A DNA stretch of 59,427 nt from Actinomycetota bacterium (GTDB taxonomy: Bacteria; Actinomycetota; Nitriliruptoria; Euzebyales; JAHELV01): positions 9,616 through 69,042 of the forward strand of contig JAHWKT010000004.1 in the NCBI GenBank assembly GCA_019347695.1, in the 5' to 3' direction. Shown here piece after piece: positions 20,073-29,090 of this stretch. Each line of letters starts with the position of its first letter. Within the stretch, counting starts at the first letter, position 1. The notes under the pieces were generated by a model. That model ran no database searches. It worked only from the letters and a program-made list of their open reading frames with translations, and had not been told where the DNA came from. The translations under genes and the position numbers were made by a program.

Positions 20073-21116
20073 GTGACGTTGAATGCGCAGCCGGCGACGG
20101 CAGGTGGCGATGGCCCCGATGGCCCGTCGGTGACGGGGCGACGCCGGCTGCTGTGCCGCGTCGTGCGCGTGGGCTGGCTCGTGGTGCTGGTCATCGCGCT
20201 CGCGCTCGCCCTGCGGTCGCGGTGGTCTGAGGTCGGCGATCAGCTCGCGTCCCTCGATCCGGGGCTGCTGCTGCTGTCGGCGGGCATCGGGCTCGTCGGT
20301 CTCGGACTGAGCGCTGGCATCTGGCACGCCATGCTCGCCGGCATCGGCGAGCCGCTGCCGCTCGCGGCGTCACTGCGGGTCTTCTTCGTCGGGCAGATCG
20401 GCAAGTACGTGCCGGGCGCCGTGTGGCCGGTGGTCACCCAGGCGGCGCTCGCGCGTGAGCACGGCATCGTCCCCCGCGCGACCGTCACCGCCGTCACGCT
20501 GTTCCTGTGGGTGCATCTGGTGACCGGCGTGGCGGTTGGCATCACGGCGCTGGTGGCCACCGGTGTGCTGCCCCTCGTCACGCTGGCCGCACTGCTCCTG
20601 CTGATGGCGCTGCTCGCTCCACCGGTGCTGCGCTGGACGTTGACGCGACTGCTGCGCCTGGCCCGTCGCGCGCCGATGCGACGCCAGCCCACCGGACGCC
20701 ATCTGCTGGTCGCCGGTGCGTGGGCGGCCGCCATGTGGATCTGCTACGGCGTGCACCTGCAGGTGTTGACGGCGGCCATCGGGGAGCCGATCGACGTCAT
20801 CCGCGCGATCGGCGTGTTCGCGGCCGGCTGGGTCGTCGGGTTCGTGCTCCTGATCGCTCCCGCCGGGGTCGGGCCGCGGGAAGCGGCGATCGTGGCGCTG
20901 CTGCCGCTGCCGGCCGCCGCGGGGCTGCTCGTCGCTCTGGCATCACGGCTCGTCCTGACCCTGGCGGACGCCCTCTGGGCCGGGGTGACGGCGGTCAGAC
21001 CGGTGCTGATCCGTCGCCCGACGCGAGCCGCGCCAGCGACCGGCGGCGCAGACGACGAGCCGGTTGCGAAGGCGTCCGCCGGTGGTGGGCGGCGCGGTGC
21101 GGGGGACGGACGCTAG
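20073..21116 (+). CDS. lysylphosphatidylglycerol-synthase TM-region (UPF0104, flippase-like) membrane protein
   Basis: 347-aa polytopic ORF. The motif FFVGQIGKYVPGAVWPVVTQA is typical of PF03706-type proteins. Confidence 0.8.
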   Translation: MTLNAQPATAGGDGPDGPSVTGRRRLLCRVVRVGWLVVLVIALALALRSRWSEVGDQLASLDPGLLLLSAGIGLVGLGLSAGIWHAMLAGIGEPLPLAASLRVFFVGQIGKYVPGAVWPVVTQAALAREHGIVPRATVTAVTLFLWVHLVTGVAVGITALVATGVLPLVTLAALLLLMALLAPPVLRWTLTRLLRLARRAPMRRQPTGRHLLVAGAWAAAMWICYGVHLQVLTAAIGEPIDVIRAIGVFAAGWVVGFVLLIAPAGVGPREAAIVALLPLPAAAGLLVALASRLVLTLADALWAGVTAVRPVLIRRPTRAAPATGGADDEPVAKASAGGGRRGAGDGR

Positions 21117-21120
21117 CGCG

Positions 21121-21432
21121 CTAGAGCCAGGCCAACGGTCGGACGTCCGCATCCGCAGCGCTCGGCGCCGCCGGTGTGTCGCGCACGGAGTCGAGCCGGG
21201 CCCGTGCGGCGCGCAGCAGTTGACACGCCCGTGGCTCGCTGGCCTCCCCGCCGTGTGCGAGCAGCGTGTCCAGGGCCCACTCCAGCGTCTGCGCCGCGTT
21301 CTGCGACAGCTGAGCGCACCGCACGAGCTGCGCGATGCTCTGCTCGCTGGCCGCGCTGTCGTCGCGGTCTGCGCCGAGGCGCCGCCCTGCCATCCTGGCC
21401 TGGTTCATGACCGAGGCTCGAACACCTGCCAT
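21121..21432 (-). CDS. hypothetical helical protein (103 aa), last gene of the GT2-methyltransferase operon
   Basis: High GC3 in this frame. The ATG lies 6 nt after the methyltransferase stop. No family recognised. Confidence 0.5.
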   Translation of the reverse strand: MAGVRASVMNQARMAGRRLGADRDDSAASEQSIAQLVRCAQLSQNAAQTLEWALDTLLAHGGEASEPRACQLLRAARARLDSVRDTPAAPSAADADVRPLAWL

Positions 21433-21438
21433 CGACCG

Positions 21439-22086
21439 CTACCCCCGCCGGGCCCAGGCGATGGTCCACGGCAGCGGCTTCTCCACGGCGCGGACCCCCG
21501 CGGCCTGGCTGACGAACTTGACGAACGACGGCGTCGACCAGTGGTTCAGGTGCCCGGGCGTGTTGCCCCAGTCGTGCAGGTGGCGTCCGCCCAGCACGTT
21601 GGCGGTCCGAAAGATCGGCTCGCGCGGGACCGACAGCACGAGATGACCGCTGCTGACCCGGGCCATCTCCTGCAGACCGCGGTCGGGCTCGGTCAGGTGC
21701 TCCATGACCTCGACCGCCACGACGACGTCGAAGAAGCCGTCGGGGAACGGCAGCCGACTCGCATCGGCATGCAGGTAGTGCGGCCCGGGGTGCTCGCGCC
21801 ACCAGCCACGCAGCGACGCGTCGGGGAGGTCCAGGGCGGTCACGTTCGCCCAGCGCTGCAACAGCCGCTTGGCGATCATGCCCTCGCCGCATCCGACCTC
21901 GAGCACCCGGCCACGGGGGGTCTCGGCCATGACCTGGTCGAACACGCCATCGAGGCGGGCGAGGAAGCGACGGGTGAGGTACCGGATGGCCGGGTTGCCG
22001 GACTCGTACTTGTGGTGGTGGTTGCCGGTGATGACGTCGGGCGTCTCGCGCTCGGGCGCGTCGGCCGGCGGGATGGTGTCAGTCAT
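21439..22086 (-). CDS. class I SAM-dependent methyltransferase
   Basis: 215-aa ORF with motif I VLEVGCGEG and a post-I/II region (FFDVVVAVEVMEHL). It overlaps the GT2 stop by 8 nt. Confidence 0.88.
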   Translation of the reverse strand: MTDTIPPADAPERETPDVITGNHHHKYESGNPAIRYLTRRFLARLDGVFDQVMAETPRGRVLEVGCGEGMIAKRLLQRWANVTALDLPDASLRGWWREHPGPHYLHADASRLPFPDGFFDVVVAVEVMEHLTEPDRGLQEMARVSSGHLVLSVPREPIFRTANVLGGRHLHDWGNTPGHLNHWSTPSFVKFVSQAAGVRAVEKPLPWTIAWARRG

Positions 22087-22972
22087 GTCGGTTCGTCCGG
22101 ACGATCAGGTCGGCCAGCAGCCCGAGGCTGAACAGGATCAGACCGCTGAGCAGCAGCATCGTCGCGTTGGTGGTGATCCGCAGCGATTTGGTGAAGATGT
22201 CGAAGATGATCTTGAAGACCCCCGCCGTGATGAGGGTCAGCGCCAGGGGCGCGAACACCCGCAGGGGCTCGAAGAAGGTGACCATCCGCACGACCTGCAG
22301 GATGTAGCGGTAGGCGTCCTTGATCGGGTGGAAGTGTGACCGTCCCGCGCGGGGCGCGTAGTCGATCGGCAGGTACTCGACGAACAGTCCGTTGGCGAGG
22401 AACGCCAGGGTGATGGTGGTCACGCACGAGAACCCGGCGGGGAGCAGTCCCAGGAACGGCTGCGCGTGCTCCCTGGAGAACGCGCGCAGGCCCGAGTTGA
22501 GGTCGGGGATGCGCGCGCTGGTCAGGTACTCGGCGAGGCGGCGGATCGCCCACTTGGCGGGCACACGCAGCGCCTTGTACGTCCCCTCCTCGCTCCGGCG
22601 CGCACCGACGACCTGGTGGGCCTTGCCGTCGACCAGGTGGTCGATGAACTCGGGGATGCGCTCGTTGGGGTAGGTCATGTCGGCGTCGGTCCACACGACG
22701 TACCGCCCGTACGCCTCGAGGGTGCCCAGCCGCCGTGCCGTGCCGGATCCGCGGTTGGTCGGGAACCGCAGCAGCCGCACGAACGGGAGCCCCTCGACCC
22801 GGTCGCCGGTACCGTCGGTCGAGCCGTCGTCGACGACGAGGATCTCGAACGAGTAGTCGGTGGCCTTCAGCGCCGCGGAGATGCGGTCGACCTCGGCGAC
22901 CACGTGGCCCGCCTCGTTGTAGGCGGGCAGCACGACGGTGACGTCGAGCGTTGCGGGACGAGATTCGGGCAT
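22079..22972 (-). CDS. family 2 glycosyltransferase (polyprenyl-phosphate sugar synthase-like, C-terminal TM helices)
   Basis: 297-aa ORF with VVLPAYNE, ILVVDDGSTDGT and DADMTYP, plus two C-terminal hydrophobic helices. Confidence 0.9.
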   Translation of the reverse strand: MPESRPATLDVTVVLPAYNEAGHVVAEVDRISAALKATDYSFEILVVDDGSTDGTGDRVEGLPFVRLLRFPTNRGSGTARRLGTLEAYGRYVVWTDADMTYPNERIPEFIDHLVDGKAHQVVGARRSEEGTYKALRVPAKWAIRRLAEYLTSARIPDLNSGLRAFSREHAQPFLGLLPAGFSCVTTITLAFLANGLFVEYLPIDYAPRAGRSHFHPIKDAYRYILQVVRMVTFFEPLRVFAPLALTLITAGVFKIIFDIFTKSLRITTNATMLLLSGLILFSLGLLADLIVRTNRHD

Positions 22973-23074
22973 GCGGGCACTCGAACCGGTGGGAGGAAAC
23001 AGGCGATCGCAGGAGAAAGCATAGCGGCACGATCGCGCCGGGGAAGCCCGGTGGGAATAGCATCCCCCGTCGTG

Positions 23075-23824
23075 ATGTACATGCGTACCCTCGGCCTCGT
23101 GGGCGTGGTGGCGGTTGCCGTGGTCGTGCTCGTCGTCGGTGAGATTCTCGTCGCCCGCAACCGTTCATATCTTGTTGACGTGCCGTTCGCCGTCGACCGG
23201 ACGATTGGGCCATCCACTGACGACCGGGAGCCGTTGGAGCTCCGGGTCCTCGGCGACTCGACCGCCGCGGGCGTCGGCACGGACGCGGCCGACGACGCGC
23301 TGCCGTCACTGCTCGCCGAGCGTGTGGCGCGGCGCACCGGTCGGGCCGTGCACGTGGTGGGGTCCGGCGTGTCCGGTGCGCGAACGGCCGATCTCACCAC
23401 CGACCAGCTGCAGAAGGTCGACAGCGCAGACGTGATCGTGATCGTCGTGGGCAGCAACGATGTGATCCACGTGACCACGCCGCGGCGACTGCGTCGTCAG
23501 ACGGCCGCGTTGCTCGAGGAGGCGGCGGCGACGGGGGTGCCGGTGGTGCTGGGCGGGATCCCGCGCTTCTACGGGGTCGGCGCGCTCGCGCAACCTCTGC
23601 GGTCGATCGCCGATGGGTACGCGGCCGTGCTCCGTGATGTCCAGCGCGACGTCGCGGCGTCGATCTCAGACGTGACGTTCGTCGACATCGCGGCGCTGGC
23701 CAGCCCCCGCTTCCGTGGGGTGCCGGAATCCATGAGCAGCGACGAGTTCCACCCGTCGACCGTGGGCTACGGGTTCTGGGCGGACGCGCTCGCGCCTGCG
23801 GTGGTGGCCGCCGTGCGATCGTGA
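23075..23824 (+). CDS. SGNH/GDSL hydrolase with N-terminal membrane anchor
   Basis: Begins MYMRTLGLVGVVAVAVVVLVV. Block I is VLGDSTAAG, block III VGSNDV and block V DEFHPS. The ORF-track 5' extension from 22466 is antisense to the GT2 gene and is rejected. Confidence 0.85.
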   Translation: MYMRTLGLVGVVAVAVVVLVVGEILVARNRSYLVDVPFAVDRTIGPSTDDREPLELRVLGDSTAAGVGTDAADDALPSLLAERVARRTGRAVHVVGSGVSGARTADLTTDQLQKVDSADVIVIVVGSNDVIHVTTPRRLRRQTAALLEEAAATGVPVVLGGIPRFYGVGALAQPLRSIADGYAAVLRDVQRDVAASISDVTFVDIAALASPRFRGVPESMSSDEFHPSTVGYGFWADALAPAVVAAVRS

Positions 23825-23875
23825 CCCGCGCGACGGCTACCGTCGGGCGCGCGACGACGTGAGGAAGGAACAGGT

Positions 23876-25234
23876 GTGACGCGGTACGACGCAATCGTCA
23901 TGGGAGCCGGACAGGCCGGTCCCGGGGTCGCCGGGGCGTTCGCGGCCGACGGCCGGCACGTGGCAATGACCGAGGTCGACCGCGTGGGCGGCACGTGCCT
24001 CAACCACGGGTGCCGGCCGACCAAGGCACTGCGCGCCAGTGCGCGCATCGCCCACCTCGCCCGTCGCGCCGGCGACTACGGTGTGCGGACCGGTGAGGTC
24101 ACGGTCGACTTCGCGGCGGTCATGCAACGGATGCACGACATGATCGACGACATGCGCGCCGGCATCACCGACTGGCTGGCGGGCGAGGACAACATCGATG
24201 TGTTCGGCGGATCGTCGGTGCTCGAGGGAACCTCGGACGGCGTGCACCGCGTTCGCGCCGACGGGCAGCTCCTCGAGGCCGAACGGGTGTACATCGATGT
24301 CGGCGCCCGCGCTGCCACCCCGCCGATCGACGGCCTCGATGACGTCGATCACCTCACCGAGGTCGAGCTGCTGGAGCTCACCGAGCTGCCGTCGCACCTG
24401 GTGGTCGTGGGCGCCGGCTACGTCGGTCTCGAGTTCGGTCAGATGTTCCGGCGGTTCGGTGCACAGGTGACGGTGCTCGCGGGTGGCGGGATCGCCGCGC
24501 GCGAGGACAACGACGTGTCGGAGGCACTGGCGCAGATCCTCACCGACGAGGGAGTGCAGATCGTCCACGGGCGCGCCGCCCGGGTCAGCGCGGACGCCGG
24601 CGGTGGCGTGACCGTGGACACCGATGGCGGCGACCAGGTGTCCGGCAGCCATCTGCTGGTGGCGACCGGCCGGGTGCCCAACGGTGACCGCATCGGGGCC
24701 GACGCCGTCGGGTTGGCGCTCGACGACGGGGGTTACCTGCGGATCAACGAGCGCTTCGAGACATCGGTGCCGGGGATCTGGGCGCTCGGCGACGTCAACG
24801 GGCACGGCGCGTTCACCCACACCGCCTACCAGGACACCGCGATCCTGCTGGACGAGTCGCGCACGGTCGAGGGTCGCATCACCGCCTACGCGATGTTCAC
24901 CGACCCGCCGCTGGGGCGGGTGGGCATGACCGAGGCGCAGGCTCGCGACAGCGGGCGGTCGGTGCTGCGGACGCAGCTGCCGATGTCGTCGGTCAGCCGG
25001 GCGGTGCTCGACAGCGAGACCGGGGGGCTCATGAAGATCCTCGTCGACGCCGACAGCGAGGAGTTCCTCGGCGCGACCTTCCTCGGGATGCACGGCGACG
25101 ATCTCGCCCAGGTCATCGGCACCGCGATGCAGGCGGGTGTGCGATATCCGCAGGTCCGCGACGCGCTGCCGATCCACCCGACGGCGGCCGAGTTCATCCC
25201 GACGCTGCTGGGGTCGCTCGAACCGCTGGACTGA
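23876..25234 (+). CDS. class I pyridine nucleotide-disulfide oxidoreductase (mercuric reductase / dihydrolipoamide dehydrogenase-like)
   Basis: GTG follows GAGGAAGGA. Motifs: YDAIVMGAGQAG, the redox CxxxxC (GGTCLNHGC), a second Rossmann fold (VVVGAGYVGLE) and a C-terminal dimerisation domain with HPTAAE. Confidence 0.88.
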   Translation: MTRYDAIVMGAGQAGPGVAGAFAADGRHVAMTEVDRVGGTCLNHGCRPTKALRASARIAHLARRAGDYGVRTGEVTVDFAAVMQRMHDMIDDMRAGITDWLAGEDNIDVFGGSSVLEGTSDGVHRVRADGQLLEAERVYIDVGARAATPPIDGLDDVDHLTEVELLELTELPSHLVVVGAGYVGLEFGQMFRRFGAQVTVLAGGGIAAREDNDVSEALAQILTDEGVQIVHGRAARVSADAGGGVTVDTDGGDQVSGSHLLVATGRVPNGDRIGADAVGLALDDGGYLRINERFETSVPGIWALGDVNGHGAFTHTAYQDTAILLDESRTVEGRITAYAMFTDPPLGRVGMTEAQARDSGRSVLRTQLPMSSVSRAVLDSETGGLMKILVDADSEEFLGATFLGMHGDDLAQVIGTAMQAGVRYPQVRDALPIHPTAAEFIPTLLGSLEPLD

Positions 25235-25251
25235 CGGCCCGCCAGGCACGG

Positions 25252-25970
25252 TCAGCCCGTCGCGCGTTCCACAAGGAGGCGGGCCTCGACGTCGGCGTCG
25301 AGCCCGACCGGTGGGCGGTCGGCACGCTGGGGCGGCCGGTCATCGACGTCTGCAGCCATGCCCAGGCGTCGGCCACGGTGGGGGTGACCGGCCGGCACCG
25401 CAGCCCGGCGGCGAGCGCCTTCGACACATCGCAGCCGTGCAGCGCGTCGTGCATCTCGCCGGGCGGCAGCCAGATCGGCAGGCCTGTCCACGGCTGGATG
25501 CCGGCGGCCAGGATGGTCTCGGGAGCGGTCGAGCACAGCTCGGCGTTCGAGCCGGTCGCGGCGACGCAGGCGTCGAGCACGTCACCCATGGTCGTGTGCC
25601 CGACGGGACACACGAGGTCGAACGGGCCCGCGAGCCGCTGCACGGCGGCATCCAGCATCCACGCGGCGAGGTCGCGGACGTCGATGTGCTGCACCGCCAC
25701 GTCTGCGGGCCCGGGAGCCGGCACCGGTCCACCGTGTGCGATCCGGCCGAGCCACCACGGCAGCCGACCGACGTTCTCGTAGGGCCCGAGGATCAGCCCG
25801 GCGCGCGTCAGCAGCGCCCACTCGCCGAAGGCGGCCACCGCGGCCAGCTCACCGCCCGCCTTGGCGCGGGCGTAGCCCTCGGGGAAGTCAAGGTCGGCGT
25901 CGTCGGGTGACGCGTCGACCAGCTCGGCGGTCTCGTCGGCACCGGCCGGGGTGGGGTATGAGATATCGTG
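25252..25970 (-). pseudogene. NAD-dependent epimerase/dehydratase (SDR) remnant lacking its N-terminus and frameshifted
   Basis: Homology begins at ISYPTPAGADE...YARAKAGGE...RAGLILGPYE...VQHIDVRDLAAWM, so the GxxGxxG Rossmann part is missing. The C-terminus continues in another frame (DRPPVGLDADVEARLLVERATG, stop at 25252), with the shift near 25343. Confidence 0.55.
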
Positions 25971-25987
25971 AGGTGGCGGCGGGCGGC

Positions 25988-26961
25988 TCAGCCCGTGGAC
26001 GCGCGCTGCAGGACCCGGCGGGCCAACGGGACGGCGCACGCGGCCGACACGGCGATCCCGCCGGCGGCCGCTGCCGCCGCTGCCGCCGGTGTCGCCGCCC
26101 AGGCCGCCCAGGTGGGCCAGCGGTCGGCAGGGGCGCGAACAGCCAACGGACCGGCCCGGCCAGGGCCCACGTCGCGAGCGGCAGGTACAGCGGCAGCCCG
26201 AGCATCTTCATGGCCGCGATGCCCTGCACGCGGTTGCTGGCCACGGCCGCCATGACGAGCGCGGGCACGACGCTTGCGGCGCCGGCCGCAACGGCGGTCG
26301 CCAGCACATCTGCGATCCCGGCCGGGTGTGGCACGCCGGCGAACGGCAGGCTCAGCGCCAGCGCGCCCGTCGTGATCGCGACGGTAGCGCCGAGCCGGTA
26401 GACGATCAGCGTGGACAGGCCCGCCCGGGTCACCGACAGCGGCCCGAACAGCCCAGCGTCGCGGTCCTCCAGCAGTAGCAGCCCCGTCAGCGCACCGAAG
26501 ATCACGGGGGTGTGGACGACCAGCAGCAGCACCTCGATCGCCGGCAGATACGGTGCCAGCGCGATGCCGTGCCGCTGCCCCACCCAAGCGACCCCGGCGG
26601 TCGCGATCAGCCGCAGCACCAGTGCCAGCAGCGGCACGCTGGCGACGAGCACCAGCAGCACCCCGTCGCGCAGCAGCGTCCGCCGGTCGACACGCGCGAA
26701 GGACCGCACTGCGGTCGCGCCGGCCCAGCTCCCAGGATGCACCGACCACCCCGCTGTGCGTCGCGCACGCCGGCGTGGTGACAGCCCGACTGCCGTGCCA
26801 CCGCTCGCGGGCACCCGCCGTCGCGCGCTGCGGGCCGCGAACCACGCCACGGCGGCGATCCACAGCAGCTGCCACGCAAGACCGGCACCATGCAGGTCGC
26901 CGCGCAGCAGATCGACCGCGCTCGTGACCGGCGACGCATACAGCACCGGTGCGGTCGTCAC
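25988..26961 (-). pseudogene. ABC-2 type exporter permease region, frameshifted near the 3' end, possibly preceded by a remnant of a first permease
   Basis: Hydrophobic ORF 25888..26961. A likely true start is the GTG at 26709 (VRSFARVDRRTLLRDGVLLV). After WLFAPLPT the membrane-like sequence continues in another frame (WPTWAAWAATPAAAAAAAAGGIAVSAACAVPLARRVL, stop at 25988). Confidence 0.5.
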
Positions 26962-27748
26962 GCCCAGCAGGTGGGCGATCGCTGGCGCCGACGTCGAACA
27001 GCTGCGATCGGAGGTCGGCGCCGTCGCGGTACTCCACCCGGATCTGGCGGGCGCGGTCGCCCAGCTTGAGGGTGCGCGGACGGTCGCACGCGGCGATGCG
27101 CCCGTCGACGACGAACGCGACCCGGTCGCACAGGGTGTCGGCGGTGACCATGTCGTGGGTGGTCAGAAAGACCGTGGCGCCCCGGTCTCGCTCCTCGGCG
27201 ATCACCGCGCGGATGCTGCGCGCCGTCACCGGGTCCAGTCCGCTGGTCGGCTCGTCGAGAAACAGCAGTCGCGGCCGGTGCAGCAGCGCCCGGGCGAGGT
27301 TGAGCCGCACCCGCATGCCCTTCGAGAGCGCGCCCACCAGTTGATCGCGGGCGGCCGTGAGCCCGACGGCGCCGAGCAGCTCGTCGATGTCGAGGGGCGC
27401 GGTGCCGTGCAGCATCGCGAAGTGGGCGAGATCCTCCCGGACGGTCAGCCGCACGTAGCCGGCGGGCAGTTCGAAGCTGACGCCGATCTGGTCGTACAGG
27501 TCGCCGCTCCACCGTCGCAGCTCGCGCCCGAACAGCCGGACGCTGCCGCGCCATCCTTCGCGCAGACCGATGATGATCTGCTGGGTCGTGGTCTTGCCGG
27601 CGCCGCTGGGTCCGAGGAAGCCGAAGATCTGGCCCTGGCCCACGGTGAACGCCATGTCGTGCACGGCCGGGCGGGATGCACCGGGGTAGGTGTAGGACAG
27701 GTCCCGCACCTCGATCGCTGGTGCGGCCGTGGCATCAGCGTCGGTCAC
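26962..27748 (-). CDS. ABC transporter ATP-binding protein, no in-frame stop, C-terminal end apparently lost
   Basis: The GTG at 27748 overlaps the TetR stop (GTGA). Walker A GPSGAGKTT, signature LSKGMRVRL, Walker B LLFLDEPTSGLD and H-loop TTHDM are present. ATPase-like sequence fades after RVEYRDGADLRSQLFDVGAS and the frame stays open to 25988. Confidence 0.65.
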
Positions 27749-28347
27749 GACAGCCCCTTGATCGCGGCGAAGCTCTCGGTGATCAGCTCGGCCAGGGGCC
27801 GCTGTCCGTCCTCGCGCTGCCAGGCGTCGACCGCCGTTTCGAGCAGCGCGGTCGCGATGGTGGCGGCGACCCGTGCGCGGGTCGCCGTCATCTGGCCGTG
27901 CGCGGCGAACACCGGCGTCAGGGCGTCTCGCAGCGCCCGGCCGTTGGCGGTGGCGGCGGCCAGCAGTGCCGGTTCGCGGTGGATGAGCTGCGTTCGCGCG
28001 AGGGCGAGATCCCGTTCGCGGTCGTACACCTCGTCGAGCAACGCGACCAGCGCCCCCCGCACGGCGGCCAGCGGTGGGTGGCCCTGCGTCAGCCGTTCGG
28101 TGACCGACGCCAGGATGGGCGGGTCGAACTCGTCCCAGATGACGAGTGCCTCTTTCGTGCCGAACCACCGGTAGACGCTCATCGCCGAGACCTCGGCGGC
28201 GTCGGCGATCTCCTCGACGGTGACGTCGTCGAAGCCCCGGTCGGTGAACCGCTGCAACGCCTCGCGCTGCACATGCTTCATGGCGCGCAGCTTCTTGCGC
28301 TCGCGAAGCGACGGAGCGGTCGGTCTGCTTGAGTTAGTCGCTACCAT
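27745..28347 (-). CDS. TetR/AcrR family transcriptional regulator
   Basis: 200-aa ORF with the N-terminal HTH ALQRFTDRGFDDVTVEEIADAAEVSAMSVYRWFGTKEAL. Confidence 0.9.
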   Translation of the reverse strand: MVATNSSRPTAPSLRERKKLRAMKHVQREALQRFTDRGFDDVTVEEIADAAEVSAMSVYRWFGTKEALVIWDEFDPPILASVTERLTQGHPPLAAVRGALVALLDEVYDRERDLALARTQLIHREPALLAAATANGRALRDALTPVFAAHGQMTATRARVAATIATALLETAVDAWQREDGQRPLAELITESFAAIKGLS

Positions 28348-28387
28348 CAGTTAGTAGCTTACATCGTACCGGTTGCGGCGAGCGGGG

Positions 28388-29087
28388 TCAGGAATCGTGC
28401 TCCTGCCGCCGACGTCGGTGCTCGCCCGTCGCCGCGCCGACCAGCCGACCGATGATCAGGGCGACGATCAGCACGCCCAGAAGCGCCTCCGCGACGGCCA
28501 GGGACTGCGAAGCGGAGTTGATCGGTGTGACGTCGCCGTAGCCCAGCGTGGTCAGCGTGGTGAAGCTGAAGTACACCATGTCCTGCCACTGCACCGGACC
28601 GCCGGTGGCGTAGGCGGCGGCGCCGGTCAGCTGCACGCTCAACAGGTTCACCAGCATCCCGGCCGGGACGAACAGATCGCCGGCCAGCACGTACAGCGAC
28701 GTGCCGGCGAAGAGCACATCGCGGTCGACCTCGGCGCGTCGATCAGGAACTCACCCACGGCGAGGATCACCAGCACGTGGAAGACCAGCAGGCTGTAGAC
28801 GTGACCGCGGGCCACACGGCATCCGGTGCCAGAAGCAAGGGCACGATCAACAGGGCCGTCACACCCGCGATCGCCGTCGCGGCGTAGCGCCGGCGGGGCG
28901 TCACGCTGGCTACACGCGCACCGAGCGCCAGCACCGCCACGTAGCACAGCGCGTGGGCGACGGCGAGGACCGGATGCACCAGCGTCACCGGGTAGGCCAG
29001 CGTCACGATCAGCAGGACCGGCAGCAGCAGGCGGACCCGTCGACGGGTCGTGTGCGGCGCACCGACGGAGCGTCGTCGTGCACGCAC
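28388..29087 (-). pseudogene. potassium channel (pore-loop TTLGYGD) split over three frames
   Basis: An N-terminal TM part (28767..29087), a middle TM segment VYSLLVFHVLVILAVGEFLID in a second frame (high GC3), and a pore module with TTLGYGD (28388..28717) in a third frame. Confidence 0.6.
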
Positions 29088-29090
29088 GGG

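Noticed and set aside
23837-25249. 470-aa minus-strand ORF
   Set aside because: It mirrors the well-supported FAD-dependent disulfide oxidoreductase on the plus strand.
28320-28387. Direct repeat AGTTAGT (x2) and weak GCTAC-n9-GTAGC inverted repeat around the TetR start as a TetR operator
   Set aside because: The arms are only 5 bp and partly inside the coding sequence, so this cannot be distinguished from chance.
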